DNA of 64,000 nt from Candidatus Thalassarchaeaceae archaeon (GCA_030747485.1 JASLKP010000002.1:18602-82601); one strand, 5' to 3'. Counted from the first letter of the stretch, positions 29,880 to 39,217 are shown. Numbers and translations are program-made. Notes: generated by a model from the sequence alone, not told the origin.

Positions 29880-30620
29880 ATGACGAATTATTGGAATCCA
29901 GCGGGACCAGTGTCCAGATTGTATCTCCCCTCAAATTGTGACCAAGTCGATGTTCAAGCCGTTTGGATACCTGTACATGACACCTCACCTGTGGATGAAA
30001 TTCCCGATATTTCTCAAGTACCACTTGTCAATCAATCTGAGGCATCAACATTTGTCATACCCAAGAGGGCACATGAGCATGCAGCAGGTCGCTATGCACT
30101 TGCAAGATTATTGCAAGGAATTGGTTTAGATCCTAATGAATTACAAATTATTCGTGACGAAAATCGCAAACCGAGTCTGATTTGGAATGATATTGATGTA
30201 GATTTACCACTCCCTGAAATCACCATCGGTCATTCGGGAGGTATTGCAATTGCAGCGATTTCAGTCGATGGCACACAAATCGGTTTGGATGTAGAACCAT
30301 TGGAACATCCTAGACAACGCAATCTCCTCTCGATGATGGCCAGTGGGGTGGAATTCCAGTATCTCAACGACGTTTGGGACCTTGACGCTGAAATTGGTAT
30401 GAAGGAAACCACTCGTACTTGGGTCATGAAAGAAGCAGTTCAGAAAGCCTGTGGCTATGGAATGCAAATTACACCACTGTCATTCAATGTACTCAACAAA
30501 GATGAGGTTGAATTGTCTCATGACGGACAGGGCTTCCGCTTGACGACACATCATTGGTTAGAAGATCTGATGGGGCAATCATTTGCCTTTGGTTTCTCAC
30601 GAATGTTAAGCATCGTCTAA
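29880..30620 (+). CDS. Sfp-type 4'-phosphopantetheinyl transferase
   Basis: Motifs NRKPSL, ITIGHSGGIAIAAIS, IGLDVEPL and WVMKEAVQKACG (W/F-x-x-KE-A-x-x-K). GGAG lies 8 nt upstream of ATG 29880; the track ORF starts at TTG 29868. Confidence 0.8.
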   Translation: MTNYWNPAGPVSRLYLPSNCDQVDVQAVWIPVHDTSPVDEIPDISQVPLVNQSEASTFVIPKRAHEHAAGRYALARLLQGIGLDPNELQIIRDENRKPSLIWNDIDVDLPLPEITIGHSGGIAIAAISVDGTQIGLDVEPLEHPRQRNLLSMMASGVEFQYLNDVWDLDAEIGMKETTRTWVMKEAVQKACGYGMQITPLSFNVLNKDEVELSHDGQGFRLTTHHWLEDLMGQSFAFGFSRMLSIV

Positions 30621-31951
30621 TCATTGGCCAAAATTGCTTCAAGTATATCCGAATCTTCTTCGTTAGCCATTTTTTGAACTAATTTCCAACCAAAAATTGT
30701 TGCAATTGCCAACAGAGGGACCATCACTCTGAATGACCATAGATATTGATTGACAACAGTTTGACTGTCTCCTATTGCTGCCATGATACCTGCTGCAAGA
30801 GCCGAACCAATACATTGTCCAATGAAAATTGCTGCTGCTGAAATCCCTACTCCTCTATTCCGTTCCTCTAAGTTGGTGTGATGTGCCAATAGTGCATCAC
30901 TGGAGGTGTAAAGTAATCCTACAACTGGAATGAGATAAATGGTGACTGCAATGGATGGTGGCATTCCGACTGCAAACAAAGTCCAGAGAACAAAGTAGAG
31001 CAATGCAGATGCAGTCAATACCTTCTCTGCTCCTATTTTGTCGCAAATTACGCCAGCATAAGTAAACAAAATTACGTTGAGAGCGAGGGCCCATGCTTCA
31101 AGAATAAATAGGACATCTAGATCGAAACCAATCTTTTCGATGTAATTCAATGAATTCAGAACTATAGCACCTCGAGGAATTGAAATTAGAAGGACAACGC
31201 AGAGTATTAACAATGGCCATTTACTTTGAAATGTGAATAATTCTTTCAAAGAAATGATATCCTTTTGCTCTCTTGGTAAATCGACAATAATACCTTCCAT
31301 ATTACGGAAACAAAGTGCTGCACCACCGTAGAATACACTTGCAACAATAGCGACAGCAATCATTCCATGATCACCGTATAGTCCACCCGCAACTGCTCCT
31401 AAGCCAACAGCTAGCATCCATCCGATTGCATGCATGAGTCCAATTGCTTCACCACGGAAATTTGGGGCCCATTCACTTGCCAGAGCAAATGGAATCCTCA
31501 TTGAACCGAGCATCATTCCTTGTAACAGTGATAGTACGACAAACGGAATGAGTCCAACGAATGGCATCGGGATGAGTAAACCAATGATAATTGCACATGC
31601 CATTAACATCAGTACTCTTCGTTGACCAAAACGATCTGCAATTGCTCCCCAAATGAATGAACCAACACCGTATACGAAAACAATGAGGCCAAGGTATAGT
31701 GGAGTAAACCAGGCTGGAGCACCCAATGCTTGTGCATGAAATCTGAATACAGTGAATCCTAACATGAACCAACATGCTTCCATCAGTGTTCTACCAAACA
31801 TATTCCAAGCAAACGAAGCACGTGCTTCGTATTCATCCTTGATTGTAATTTCACGCGATAAAAGTCGCTCCATTCTAAATCCTAGCCAGAGTGCCAACAG
31901 AACAGATGCCCCTATGGTTGCAAATTGCAGCCACAGGGTCGACACAATCAC
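30617..31951 (-). CDS. MFS-type transporter
   Basis: 444 aa with about 12 hydrophobic helices and a central loop. Convergent with the PPTase gene (4-nt overlap of the ends). Confidence 0.75.
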   Translation of the reverse strand: MIVSTLWLQFATIGASVLLALWLGFRMERLLSREITIKDEYEARASFAWNMFGRTLMEACWFMLGFTVFRFHAQALGAPAWFTPLYLGLIVFVYGVGSFIWGAIADRFGQRRVLMLMACAIIIGLLIPMPFVGLIPFVVLSLLQGMMLGSMRIPFALASEWAPNFRGEAIGLMHAIGWMLAVGLGAVAGGLYGDHGMIAVAIVASVFYGGAALCFRNMEGIIVDLPREQKDIISLKELFTFQSKWPLLILCVVLLISIPRGAIVLNSLNYIEKIGFDLDVLFILEAWALALNVILFTYAGVICDKIGAEKVLTASALLYFVLWTLFAVGMPPSIAVTIYLIPVVGLLYTSSDALLAHHTNLEERNRGVGISAAAIFIGQCIGSALAAGIMAAIGDSQTVVNQYLWSFRVMVPLLAIATIFGWKLVQKMANEEDSDILEAILAND

Positions 31952-32163
31952 TCCTCCTCTTCACACGAATCGTCCAGTTCCTTGCTACCAAGGGTGATGA
32001 TTAAGGCGATAACGAATAGTGGTGCCAAGACTTTAATCATCATCGGAGTGCCCCATTCAACTGGCCAAATTCCTACAGTCTCACCTAGCATTGCCCAAAG
32101 AGGTGCCATGGCAGGCATGAAGACGCAGAGCATCACAATCCCGAGTTTCCTCCGCCAGTGCAT
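31948..32163 (-). CDS. Small two-helix membrane protein, translationally coupled to the MFS gene
   Basis: 71 aa with two hydrophobic segments and an acidic tail. Its stop overlaps the MFS start by 4 nt. Confidence 0.4.
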   Translation of the reverse strand: MHWRRKLGIVMLCVFMPAMAPLWAMLGETVGIWPVEWGTPMMIKVLAPLFVIALIITLGSKELDDSCEEEE

Positions 32164-32252
32164 GGCCTAGTCCGAGCGGTCTCCCTCCATGAACATAAGG
32201 GAGTGTCCGGACCGAATCCGATAAGACCAACGCGAGGCCCGCAGAGATTACC

Positions 32253-32324
32253 GCGGATGTAGTGAAGGGGTTATCACCTGAGGTTTCCAACCTCATGTCA
32301 CGGGTTCAAATCCCGTCGTCCGCA
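32253..32324 (+). tRNA. tRNA-Gly (anticodon UCC)
   Basis: Manual cloverleaf: acceptor GCGGATG/CGTCCGC (one G-U pair), D arm GTGA-AGGGGTTA-TCAC, anticodon arm TGAGG-TT[TCC]AA-CCTCA, 4-nt variable loop, T arm ACGGG-TTCAAAT-CCCGT, discriminator A. No encoded CCA and no intron. Confidence 0.85.
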
Positions 32325-32376
32325 CTTCTGAATTTGATACTGGCGTATTGAAAAACCATCGCCGAGAGGCCACCAT

Positions 32377-34245
32377 ATGTCACGTCATCATCACGGCACC
32401 TCCGTCGGAATTTCTGATGATGATGGTGCGGACGACGAGACTCAAATCTTAGGCCGTAGGATTTGGAGAATTTTCCCATATATTCGTCCTTATCGTGTCA
32501 GAGCATGGTTTGGAATATTGACCAATGGTTTTGCTCGTGTATTCGATTTGATACCGTTTATCTTCATTGGTTTCGCAGTAGACTATTACAGTGGAGTAGT
32601 ATCTGGAGGAAGATTAGGTGAATTTCGAAATTTCTTAGATCAATATTTACTCAATTTGATTAGCGATGATCAGGCATTGTCTTACGGAGTCCTGATTTTC
32701 CTCGGCTTTGCAGGGCTTGCTATTTTCCAAGGTATTTCGGATTACTGTTGGCAAACACTAGGGTACAAGGTACAACACGATCTCAGATTGGATGCGACTC
32801 AAAGCCTCATCCGAATGGAAGCATCCTACTATGATCTCCGACAAACAGGCGTCCTCATGTCTGTATTATCTTCTGATGTCAATCAATTGGAGGATGTGAT
32901 CTCAGATTCATCTACCTCAATCATTCGTATTTTCACGACATTCATCACTGCATTTGTTATTCTAATGATGATGTCTTGGAAGTTGACAGCAGTTCTCTTT
33001 GGCCCCCTCATCCTTATTTTCCCAATGGTGTATTTTTTCTCAACGCGTGTACAGCGGAAATACCGCAAGCAACGTGAATCGACCGGTGGAATTAACGCGG
33101 TACTTGAAAACATCATTTCAGGCATTGCAGTCGTTCAAGCATACAATGCCCAAGAATGGGAAATTTCCCGTGTTGCAAATGAGAGTGAAGAATACCGTGA
33201 CGAAGCCATCGGGGCTAGCCTTGATCGTAATCGATTCATCCCTGGGTTGTACGGAGTTGCAGGAATCGTGTATGGTCTATGTGTTTCAATGGGTGGATGG
33301 TTGATGAAAGAAGGTGAGATATCGACAGGTGCTCTAGTCACCTTCCTTTTGATGATGACTCGCCTTTCGATGCCACTGTTCATCTTTGGAATGTTAGTCA
33401 ATCAATTGCAACGAGGCGAGGCCGCCGCGCGTCGTGTATTCGCGATGGTGGATTTGGACCCCAGTATCATAGATCATGAAGGTGCTACAGATTTAGAAAA
33501 TGCAATTGAAAGCATCGAATTCAGAGATGTTCACTTCACTTATCCGAATACGGATACTGCAGTTTTGAATGGCATATCTTTCACGGTGGGCCAAGGTGGA
33601 TTCCTCGGTGTCATGGGCCATACTGGTGCCGGGAAATCAACAATTCTCAAATTGATTCTACGGTATTATGAACCAGATTCTGGTGAAGTATTGGTAAATG
33701 GTCAAAACATTCAGGACATCACATTGGATAGTCTACGTAAACAGATGGGATTTGTGAATCAAGAGCCCTTCCTTTTCTACGGAAGTATTCGAGACAATGT
33801 GGTCTATTCTCGCGACGCCTCAGAAGAAGAAGTTGAGCGAGCCCTCCATCTGGCTGGTGCAGATGAATTCGTTGTCGAAATGGAAAATGGATTTGATACG
33901 TTGGTTGGAGATCGTGGCGTCATGCTATCGGGTGGCCAAAGAGCAAGAATATCTCTGGCACGTGCGATGCTAAAGAAACCAAGTCTCCTCATTTTGGATG
34001 AAGCATCTAGTGCTTTGGATGCTGAAACAGAAAGGCGAATCCAGTCCAATTTGTTGGGGACTGGTGGTTCCAGAACCACTATTGCAGTCGCTCATCGATT
34101 ATCGACGATTCGTAATGCCAATGAGATTCTATCAATGGTAGATGGCGCTGTTGTTGAACGAGGAACGCATGATGCATTGGTTGCCAATGATGGTGTCTAT
34201 TCAAGTCAATGGGCGATTCAAACTGGAGCTCTTGAGGAAAGGTGA
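32377..34245 (+). CDS. ABC exporter, fused permease-ATPase (MsbA/ABCB type)
   Basis: N-terminal six-helix TMD. Walker A GHTGAGKST, signature LSGGQRARISLARA, Walker B LLILDEASSALD. Confidence 0.9.
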   Translation: MSRHHHGTSVGISDDDGADDETQILGRRIWRIFPYIRPYRVRAWFGILTNGFARVFDLIPFIFIGFAVDYYSGVVSGGRLGEFRNFLDQYLLNLISDDQALSYGVLIFLGFAGLAIFQGISDYCWQTLGYKVQHDLRLDATQSLIRMEASYYDLRQTGVLMSVLSSDVNQLEDVISDSSTSIIRIFTTFITAFVILMMMSWKLTAVLFGPLILIFPMVYFFSTRVQRKYRKQRESTGGINAVLENIISGIAVVQAYNAQEWEISRVANESEEYRDEAIGASLDRNRFIPGLYGVAGIVYGLCVSMGGWLMKEGEISTGALVTFLLMMTRLSMPLFIFGMLVNQLQRGEAAARRVFAMVDLDPSIIDHEGATDLENAIESIEFRDVHFTYPNTDTAVLNGISFTVGQGGFLGVMGHTGAGKSTILKLILRYYEPDSGEVLVNGQNIQDITLDSLRKQMGFVNQEPFLFYGSIRDNVVYSRDASEEEVERALHLAGADEFVVEMENGFDTLVGDRGVMLSGGQRARISLARAMLKKPSLLILDEASSALDAETERRIQSNLLGTGGSRTTIAVAHRLSTIRNANEILSMVDGAVVERGTHDALVANDGVYSSQWAIQTGALEER

Positions 34246-34249
34246 CTTC

Positions 34250-35065
34250 ATGACAGAAATTGAGTGGCTCCTAATCCAAGCTGGTCGGGTCACAATTGGT
34301 GATTCTCGTGGGGCGCTCATGTTCGTCAATAATGGACCATTACATCAAATCAATATAGTCACGGATTTTGAAATCAGTTCGACACCGATTACCTACGCAC
34401 AATGGGCAACTTTGACGGGGCAGCCAGCAGCAGGCAAGAAGTCAGATGAACAGATGAATTGTCTAACGCCATTGATGATTGAATCCGCCCTAAATTCATT
34501 TGAGAATATTCGCCTTCCATCTGAGGGTGAATGGGCATTGGCTGCTGAACAGAGTGTAATTTTACAAGGTGATTTTCAAGTTGAATTACTCGCTGATCGA
34601 CCCCCACGTGGTGGATATTGGGGTGCTCCGTGTGATGGGAGGCCTTGGTCATCTCAACGCAGTTCAGGAGGTATCGGTGACCATTCTGCACACGTAACGA
34701 GGGTATGGGCGAATGATGACACCGTCCGTGGAGCCACTCCACGAGGCGTCACTCGTCAGCAGATGGGTTTCCGTCTCGTGCGTTTCTCAAACGAAGCGTA
34801 TATGGGGGATCCACCTCGATTACCAAACGCACCTCCGAAGTCTGAATTATTGATGCGAGAAACAATTATTGCGCTTCTGATTGGGATTCTCCCCTCCTTC
34901 ACTTGGGCTTGGTTCAATGCCAGCCGTTCTTATCTGGTTGATAGTTGGTTGAACATCGCTGTTGGAGGCATTTTCTTTTCTCTGATGACCGCATTCCTTT
35001 GGCGTCCACGTACTCCTTCATATCGGATTGGAACCAACTGTGGCAAGGTCAAGAGAATTGAATAA
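34250..35065 (+). CDS. FGE-sulfatase (SUMF1-like) domain protein with C-terminal TM helices
   Basis: RLPSEGEWALAAE and GFRLVR motifs typical of the SUMF1/FGE fold, plus two C-terminal hydrophobic helices. ATG 34250 lies 4 nt after the ABC stop. Confidence 0.65.
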   Translation: MTEIEWLLIQAGRVTIGDSRGALMFVNNGPLHQINIVTDFEISSTPITYAQWATLTGQPAAGKKSDEQMNCLTPLMIESALNSFENIRLPSEGEWALAAEQSVILQGDFQVELLADRPPRGGYWGAPCDGRPWSSQRSSGGIGDHSAHVTRVWANDDTVRGATPRGVTRQQMGFRLVRFSNEAYMGDPPRLPNAPPKSELLMRETIIALLIGILPSFTWAWFNASRSYLVDSWLNIAVGGIFFSLMTAFLWRPRTPSYRIGTNCGKVKRIE

Positions 35066-36184
35066 TTACGACCTATTTTTATCATCAATTTGCAGTCCCG
35101 GCTTCTTTGAGATATGTATTCTCCACCATGCAGTAATGACTCCCATGCCATATGACCAATGCATGAGGAATGTCATCAATGGGGCGACAATAATTGTTCT
35201 AATTGTGCGTGAAGGCGAATTGCCCATTGCTGCCCCTAACCAACACAACACGATGTATAGTCCCGCTAGGCTAACTGGTGTGTGAACTGCTGTACGAGGC
35301 CACTCCATCGGAACGGTTGCAGTGGAGATGTCCCAGAATTCTGGCCATGCTAAGCCACCGTTCATCACACCAATGCAAAATGATGTGAATGCAGCTAGAA
35401 CGAGTAATGGAAACATGCCCACTGCTGTATGGCTCCAAGCACGCATCCCTGAATGCTGGTGCGCTGCCAAAATACGTACAAGTCCATAATTTCGGATTTG
35501 CTTTCTAACTCGCTGTGGATCTCTTCGGCGATGCCACATAATCGCATCTCGGTCTTGCCATAATTTGTGTCCTTGTTGTTCTATCCGATAATCCATCATT
35601 GCATCTTCACAGCCGATGGCTCCTTCGTCAAATCCACCGACTTCATCAAGTACAGATTTTCGATATGCTGCATTGACACCAGGTAATTGTTCGGCTGGCG
35701 ATAGCGCATCCGTTCCACGATTCCCATAATTTGTGCCCGCAGTGACCCATTTTGAACAGAAGGTGACATCAATCACGCGTTGCCAAAATGTGGAACGTGA
35801 ATCTGGTGGGGCGAAGTTAGGTCCTCCCACACCAGCAACATCGTCTCGATCAAACCATCTCACTAGATTTTCAATCCAATCTTCTGGAATCCACACGTCA
35901 TCGTCTGTGAAGCATACGATGTCGCACTCAATTTGTTTTAGAGCAATATTACATGCATCTGCTCTCGTTCTAGAACCTTCATCATCAATCCATCTGGCTG
36001 CATGAGATTGTGTAACCTTTTGACCAGCGTCCCCATTTGGTCCAACGACGACGACTTCTAACGGACCTTGCCAAGTCTGATTGTCCATTCCAGAAAGAGC
36101 GATGTCTAACTCATTGGCATTTCTGAGAGTGGGAATGAGAACGCATACGCGCAAACCATCCGCCATGGTGGGCCGACTATGCAT
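35066..36184 (-). CDS. Family 2 glycosyltransferase with C-terminal membrane domain
   Basis: VCVLIPTLRNANELDIALSGMDNQTW, a DDD acceptor/metal motif (CFTDDDVWIPEDW) and a hydrophobic C-terminal third. Confidence 0.8.
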   Translation of the reverse strand: MHSRPTMADGLRVCVLIPTLRNANELDIALSGMDNQTWQGPLEVVVVGPNGDAGQKVTQSHAARWIDDEGSRTRADACNIALKQIECDIVCFTDDDVWIPEDWIENLVRWFDRDDVAGVGGPNFAPPDSRSTFWQRVIDVTFCSKWVTAGTNYGNRGTDALSPAEQLPGVNAAYRKSVLDEVGGFDEGAIGCEDAMMDYRIEQQGHKLWQDRDAIMWHRRRDPQRVRKQIRNYGLVRILAAHQHSGMRAWSHTAVGMFPLLVLAAFTSFCIGVMNGGLAWPEFWDISTATVPMEWPRTAVHTPVSLAGLYIVLCWLGAAMGNSPSRTIRTIIVAPLMTFLMHWSYGMGVITAWWRIHISKKPGLQIDDKNRS

Positions 36185-36215
36185 CCTCTATCAAATCTGA
36201 GGGTTGAATGTCGCA

Positions 36216-36956
36216 TCATGCCTCTTCAATTCGAGGTGCTAGGAAATACAAGCAGCGGCCAGCACCTCCTGCAAATTCAAATTCAAGTTTGAGTGGGTAA
36301 TTTTCTCCGAAGTTGATTGCCACACTATCGACAATATTCTCAATTCGCTTTGCTAAGGGTTGTAAATATTGCAAACTGTATTGGCTTCTAACCGGTCCAT
36401 CGCAAACGAGCTCTTCCATTTCTCCAGCATCATAACTGACGTTCACTGAGTCGGTATCTCCACTCACGTTGACAGTGAATGCTTGAGTATTCAATGACAA
36501 TGTCACAAGGTCACCAACCTGTTTCGCGGCTTTCAGTGCTCTACTAAATTTAACTCCTGAAAGTACTGCACGACTTGATAAATCCACTTCAGGTACTCGT
36601 GGCTCTAACATCGCCGCACGATCAAGTGGTCGAATGACTCGATTAATTTCGCCGACCTGTATGTTGACACGGCCATCATTCTCATCGTATTGCATTTCGA
36701 TGAGGTCTTCAGCACCAGCTAGGCTGATGAGGTCACGTAATTTATTCAATTCAAAGCCAACAGAAGCATCTTCACTTTCCCATGCCTCAAATGCAGCAGC
36801 ATCTACTTCCATTCGAATCATCGCAACATGTGATGGGTCAACACATCTAATTTCGATATGTCCATCTTTGAAATTGAATTTTGCTTCATCAACTAGCACC
36901 GTCAATATGTCGACGATTGTTCGCATAGTGTCTTGCTTTGCAGTGATATTCAACAC
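36216..36956 (-). CDS. pcn: DNA polymerase sliding clamp PCNA
   Basis: 246 aa. The N-terminal pattern FNFKDGHIEIRCVDPSHVAMIRMEV and overall two-domain layout are typical of archaeal PCNA. Confidence 0.85.
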   Translation of the reverse strand: MLNITAKQDTMRTIVDILTVLVDEAKFNFKDGHIEIRCVDPSHVAMIRMEVDAAAFEAWESEDASVGFELNKLRDLISLAGAEDLIEMQYDENDGRVNIQVGEINRVIRPLDRAAMLEPRVPEVDLSSRAVLSGVKFSRALKAAKQVGDLVTLSLNTQAFTVNVSGDTDSVNVSYDAGEMEELVCDGPVRSQYSLQYLQPLAKRIENIVDSVAINFGENYPLKLEFEFAGGAGRCLYFLAPRIEEA

Positions 36957-37015
36957 TCCTATCGCCCCTGTCTAGCATTCGATGTCCAGAGGGGGCTCAA
37001 AAGGGTTGACCATGG

Positions 37016-37030
37016 AGCACCTACGGTGCT
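37016..37030. other. Hairpin (6-bp stem plus a G-T wobble, loop TAC) between the tfs stop and the pcn start
   Basis: AGCACC-TAC-GGTGCT. Confidence 0.55.
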
Positions 37031-37043
37031 TGCGTAGAAAACT

Positions 37044-37403
37044 CTAGTATTCTCGCCATCCATGCCCACATTCATCACATGTCAGGAATCTAGTTTCTGG
37101 TTCATCAGAAGAGCGTGTCTGATGAAGTTCTACGTAGACTTCAACACAGTCACATTTTGGACAGATATGTGCCCCAGATGTTTTTGCTCCACGATGCATA
37201 TCCTTTTCATCAACGACTTCAGTAAGGTGTTTGAGTGATTTTGCATCGCTACTCGATGCCGCTTTGGAGAGGTCAACAACGCTCCCATCTTCCATTGTTT
37301 GTAAGTTGGAAGCATCACCGCTGTAGCCGCAAGTATAGTTGGTACAACGGATTGCACCAGATGGGTCAGGGAATGCGAGTGTTCCACATTCTGGACAGAA
37401 CAT
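37044..37403 (-). CDS. tfs: Transcription factor S / RNAP subunit M-like zinc-ribbon protein
   Basis: N-terminal Zn ribbon MFCPECG...CTNYTCG. C-terminal TFIIS-type ribbon CPKC...LHQTRSSDEPETRFLTCDECGHGW. Start taken at MFCPECG (37403). Confidence 0.85.
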   Translation of the reverse strand: MFCPECGTLAFPDPSGAIRCTNYTCGYSGDASNLQTMEDGSVVDLSKAASSSDAKSLKHLTEVVDEKDMHRGAKTSGAHICPKCDCVEVYVELHQTRSSDEPETRFLTCDECGHGWREY

Positions 37404-37425
37404 GGGACATCGGATGTGTACTGAT

Positions 37426-37434
37426 ACTTTAATG
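37426..37434 (-). promoter_or_regulatory. Possible TATA box for tfs (leaderless-type spacing)
   Basis: The minus strand reads CATTAAAGT, centred about 27 nt upstream of the tfs ATG at 37403. Confidence 0.3.
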
Positions 37435-37506
37435 TCACACCTCAATGGTTTTGTCATCAATTGTATTAGACAGGGGTCTTGAAGGGGGAGATGCTCTCCG
37501 CGTTCC

Positions 37507-38511
37507 GTGAAACTAGTTTGGGACTGGCGTCTTGCTCGAATTTATGATGCCGAAGGAATCTGTATCGATGAGATCTGGTGGAGTGGTAACCAAACGATTG
37601 ATTTGATTGCAACAAGACTATCATTGATTTCTAAAATGAGAATGACTGATGAGGCCCGCACCTTATCTCAACGATTCCCAGAAGTCATCAAATCCTCTCC
37701 AATTGAATCTGGTGTCAATTGGCCTGCTCTTGATGAATATGAGCAAGACCTACTGCACGAAGCAACACTCAAACTCGCCGCCCGTGGTGTCGCTGCGACA
37801 GCTCATGACCCAGATCGTAGACTGGAACATCTGGTTCGAGCAATGGATGAACTACGCACATCACAGAATACCCTTGAATCAAGAATCGTAGAATGGGCTG
37901 GCTTATTTCTACCCACACTTGATTTGGATTCCAGACGAAGTGAAATTGCTCCCGCTTGTTCAAAGGCATCGAATCTATCAGAACTAGGACAATCACTTGA
38001 CACTGATTTTTCTGATGTGGAATTGGGTAAGGCGGAATGGGCCAGTGTACATGGTTGGTCAGTCATGACGGTTGAACTTGAACAACAAATTGTGAACATT
38101 GAATTAGCTGTTAGAGAATTGGCAACCAGTCATTTACCATCACTATCGATTCTTCTGGGGCCTATCTTGGCAGCACGCCTAAGTGTTACAGCACACGGTA
38201 GGGCACGCCTCGCACGTTTACCGGCAGGAACCATACAGATCCTAGGGGCTGAGAAAGCATTCTTTACACACATCAAACAAGGCACAGATCCTCCAAAACA
38301 CGGACATATTTTCCAACATCCTTGGATTTGCCGTAATCCACGTTGGATTAGAGGAAAAATTTCTCGAATGTTAGCCGCAAAGGCAGCCATTGCAGTTCGC
38401 CTAGATCATTTTCAAGGTGAGCCATGGACAAACAAGGAGATTACAGAAATTGAACATGCAGTTAAATTGATTCGCGAAAAACATCCATCTCCGTCGTCTC
38501 GTAGAAGGTGA
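37507..38511 (+). CDS. nop5: Nop5 (Nop56/58) C/D box sRNP core protein
   Basis: NOP-domain signature LGAEKAFFTHIKQGTDPPKHGHIFQHPWI and AAKAAIAVRLD. GTG start per the ORF track. Confidence 0.85.
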   Translation: MKLVWDWRLARIYDAEGICIDEIWWSGNQTIDLIATRLSLISKMRMTDEARTLSQRFPEVIKSSPIESGVNWPALDEYEQDLLHEATLKLAARGVAATAHDPDRRLEHLVRAMDELRTSQNTLESRIVEWAGLFLPTLDLDSRRSEIAPACSKASNLSELGQSLDTDFSDVELGKAEWASVHGWSVMTVELEQQIVNIELAVRELATSHLPSLSILLGPILAARLSVTAHGRARLARLPAGTIQILGAEKAFFTHIKQGTDPPKHGHIFQHPWICRNPRWIRGKISRMLAAKAAIAVRLDHFQGEPWTNKEITEIEHAVKLIREKHPSPSSRRR

Positions 38512-38515
38512 TTCA

Positions 38516-39217
38516 TTGGCTCGAAAAGTGAAGGAAATATCCGAACGTGTTCGAATTGAGGGCCGCTCTCTTTGGTCTCGAAATGCTGTCAAGGGTGTCA
38601 GCCTTCGAGGGGAGCGATTGAAGCGTGATGGACGTAAAGAATGGCGTCAATGGAGTCCAAGAACCTCAAAACTTGGAGCTGGAATTCTCCGTGCAAATAC
38701 CAACGTTTCTGATTTACTACCTTCTGTTGGAACAACTTGCCTTTACCTTGGTGCTGGTCACGGGACAACCATCAGCCATTTGCACGACCACGTATGTGGT
38801 TCGAAAAATCATCTCAATGGATCGATTCTAGCTGTGGACTTATCCTCAAGATGCATTCGTGATTTGATTCGAATGGCAGACGTAAGACCAGGGTTGATGC
38901 CTGTATTAGCGGATGCTCGCGCTCAAAACGCGCTCACACCCTTTTTGTCCTCAAAGGTTTCATGGATTTTCCAAGATGTTAGTCAAACAGGACAAGTTGA
39001 GATGTTCATCAAATCTTGCAAACAATTTCTAGCGCCAGGGGGGACAGCGATTTTGTCACTTAAAGCCGCGAGTGAACGCCGAATCGAGGGTGGTGATATT
39101 GCGCAATTCGATCATGCTGAAACATCACTCTTATCCGCTGGCCATGAATTGATTGAACGCATCAATCTTGCAGGTTGGGAAAACCAACACGTGTTATTTC
39201 ATACCAAGGTGAATTGA
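38516..39217 (+). CDS. flpA: Fibrillarin rRNA/tRNA 2'-O-methyltransferase
   Basis: WSPRTSKLGAGIL and the SAM motif CLYLGAGHGTTISHLHDHV, located directly after nop5. TTG start per the track. Confidence 0.9.
   Translation: MARKVKEISERVRIEGRSLWSRNAVKGVSLRGERLKRDGRKEWRQWSPRTSKLGAGILRANTNVSDLLPSVGTTCLYLGAGHGTTISHLHDHVCGSKNHLNGSILAVDLSSRCIRDLIRMADVRPGLMPVLADARAQNALTPFLSSKVSWIFQDVSQTGQVEMFIKSCKQFLAPGGTAILSLKAASERRIEGGDIAQFDHAETSLLSAGHELIERINLAGWENQHVLFHTKVN

Noticed and set aside
32164-32252. Possible second (class II or intron-containing) tRNA upstream of tRNA-Gly
   Set aside because: There is no 7-bp acceptor pairing, no GTTC(R)A T-loop and no 7-nt anticodon loop on either strand. Only ad hoc short stems can be drawn. 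It is kept as a low-interest unassigned element instead.
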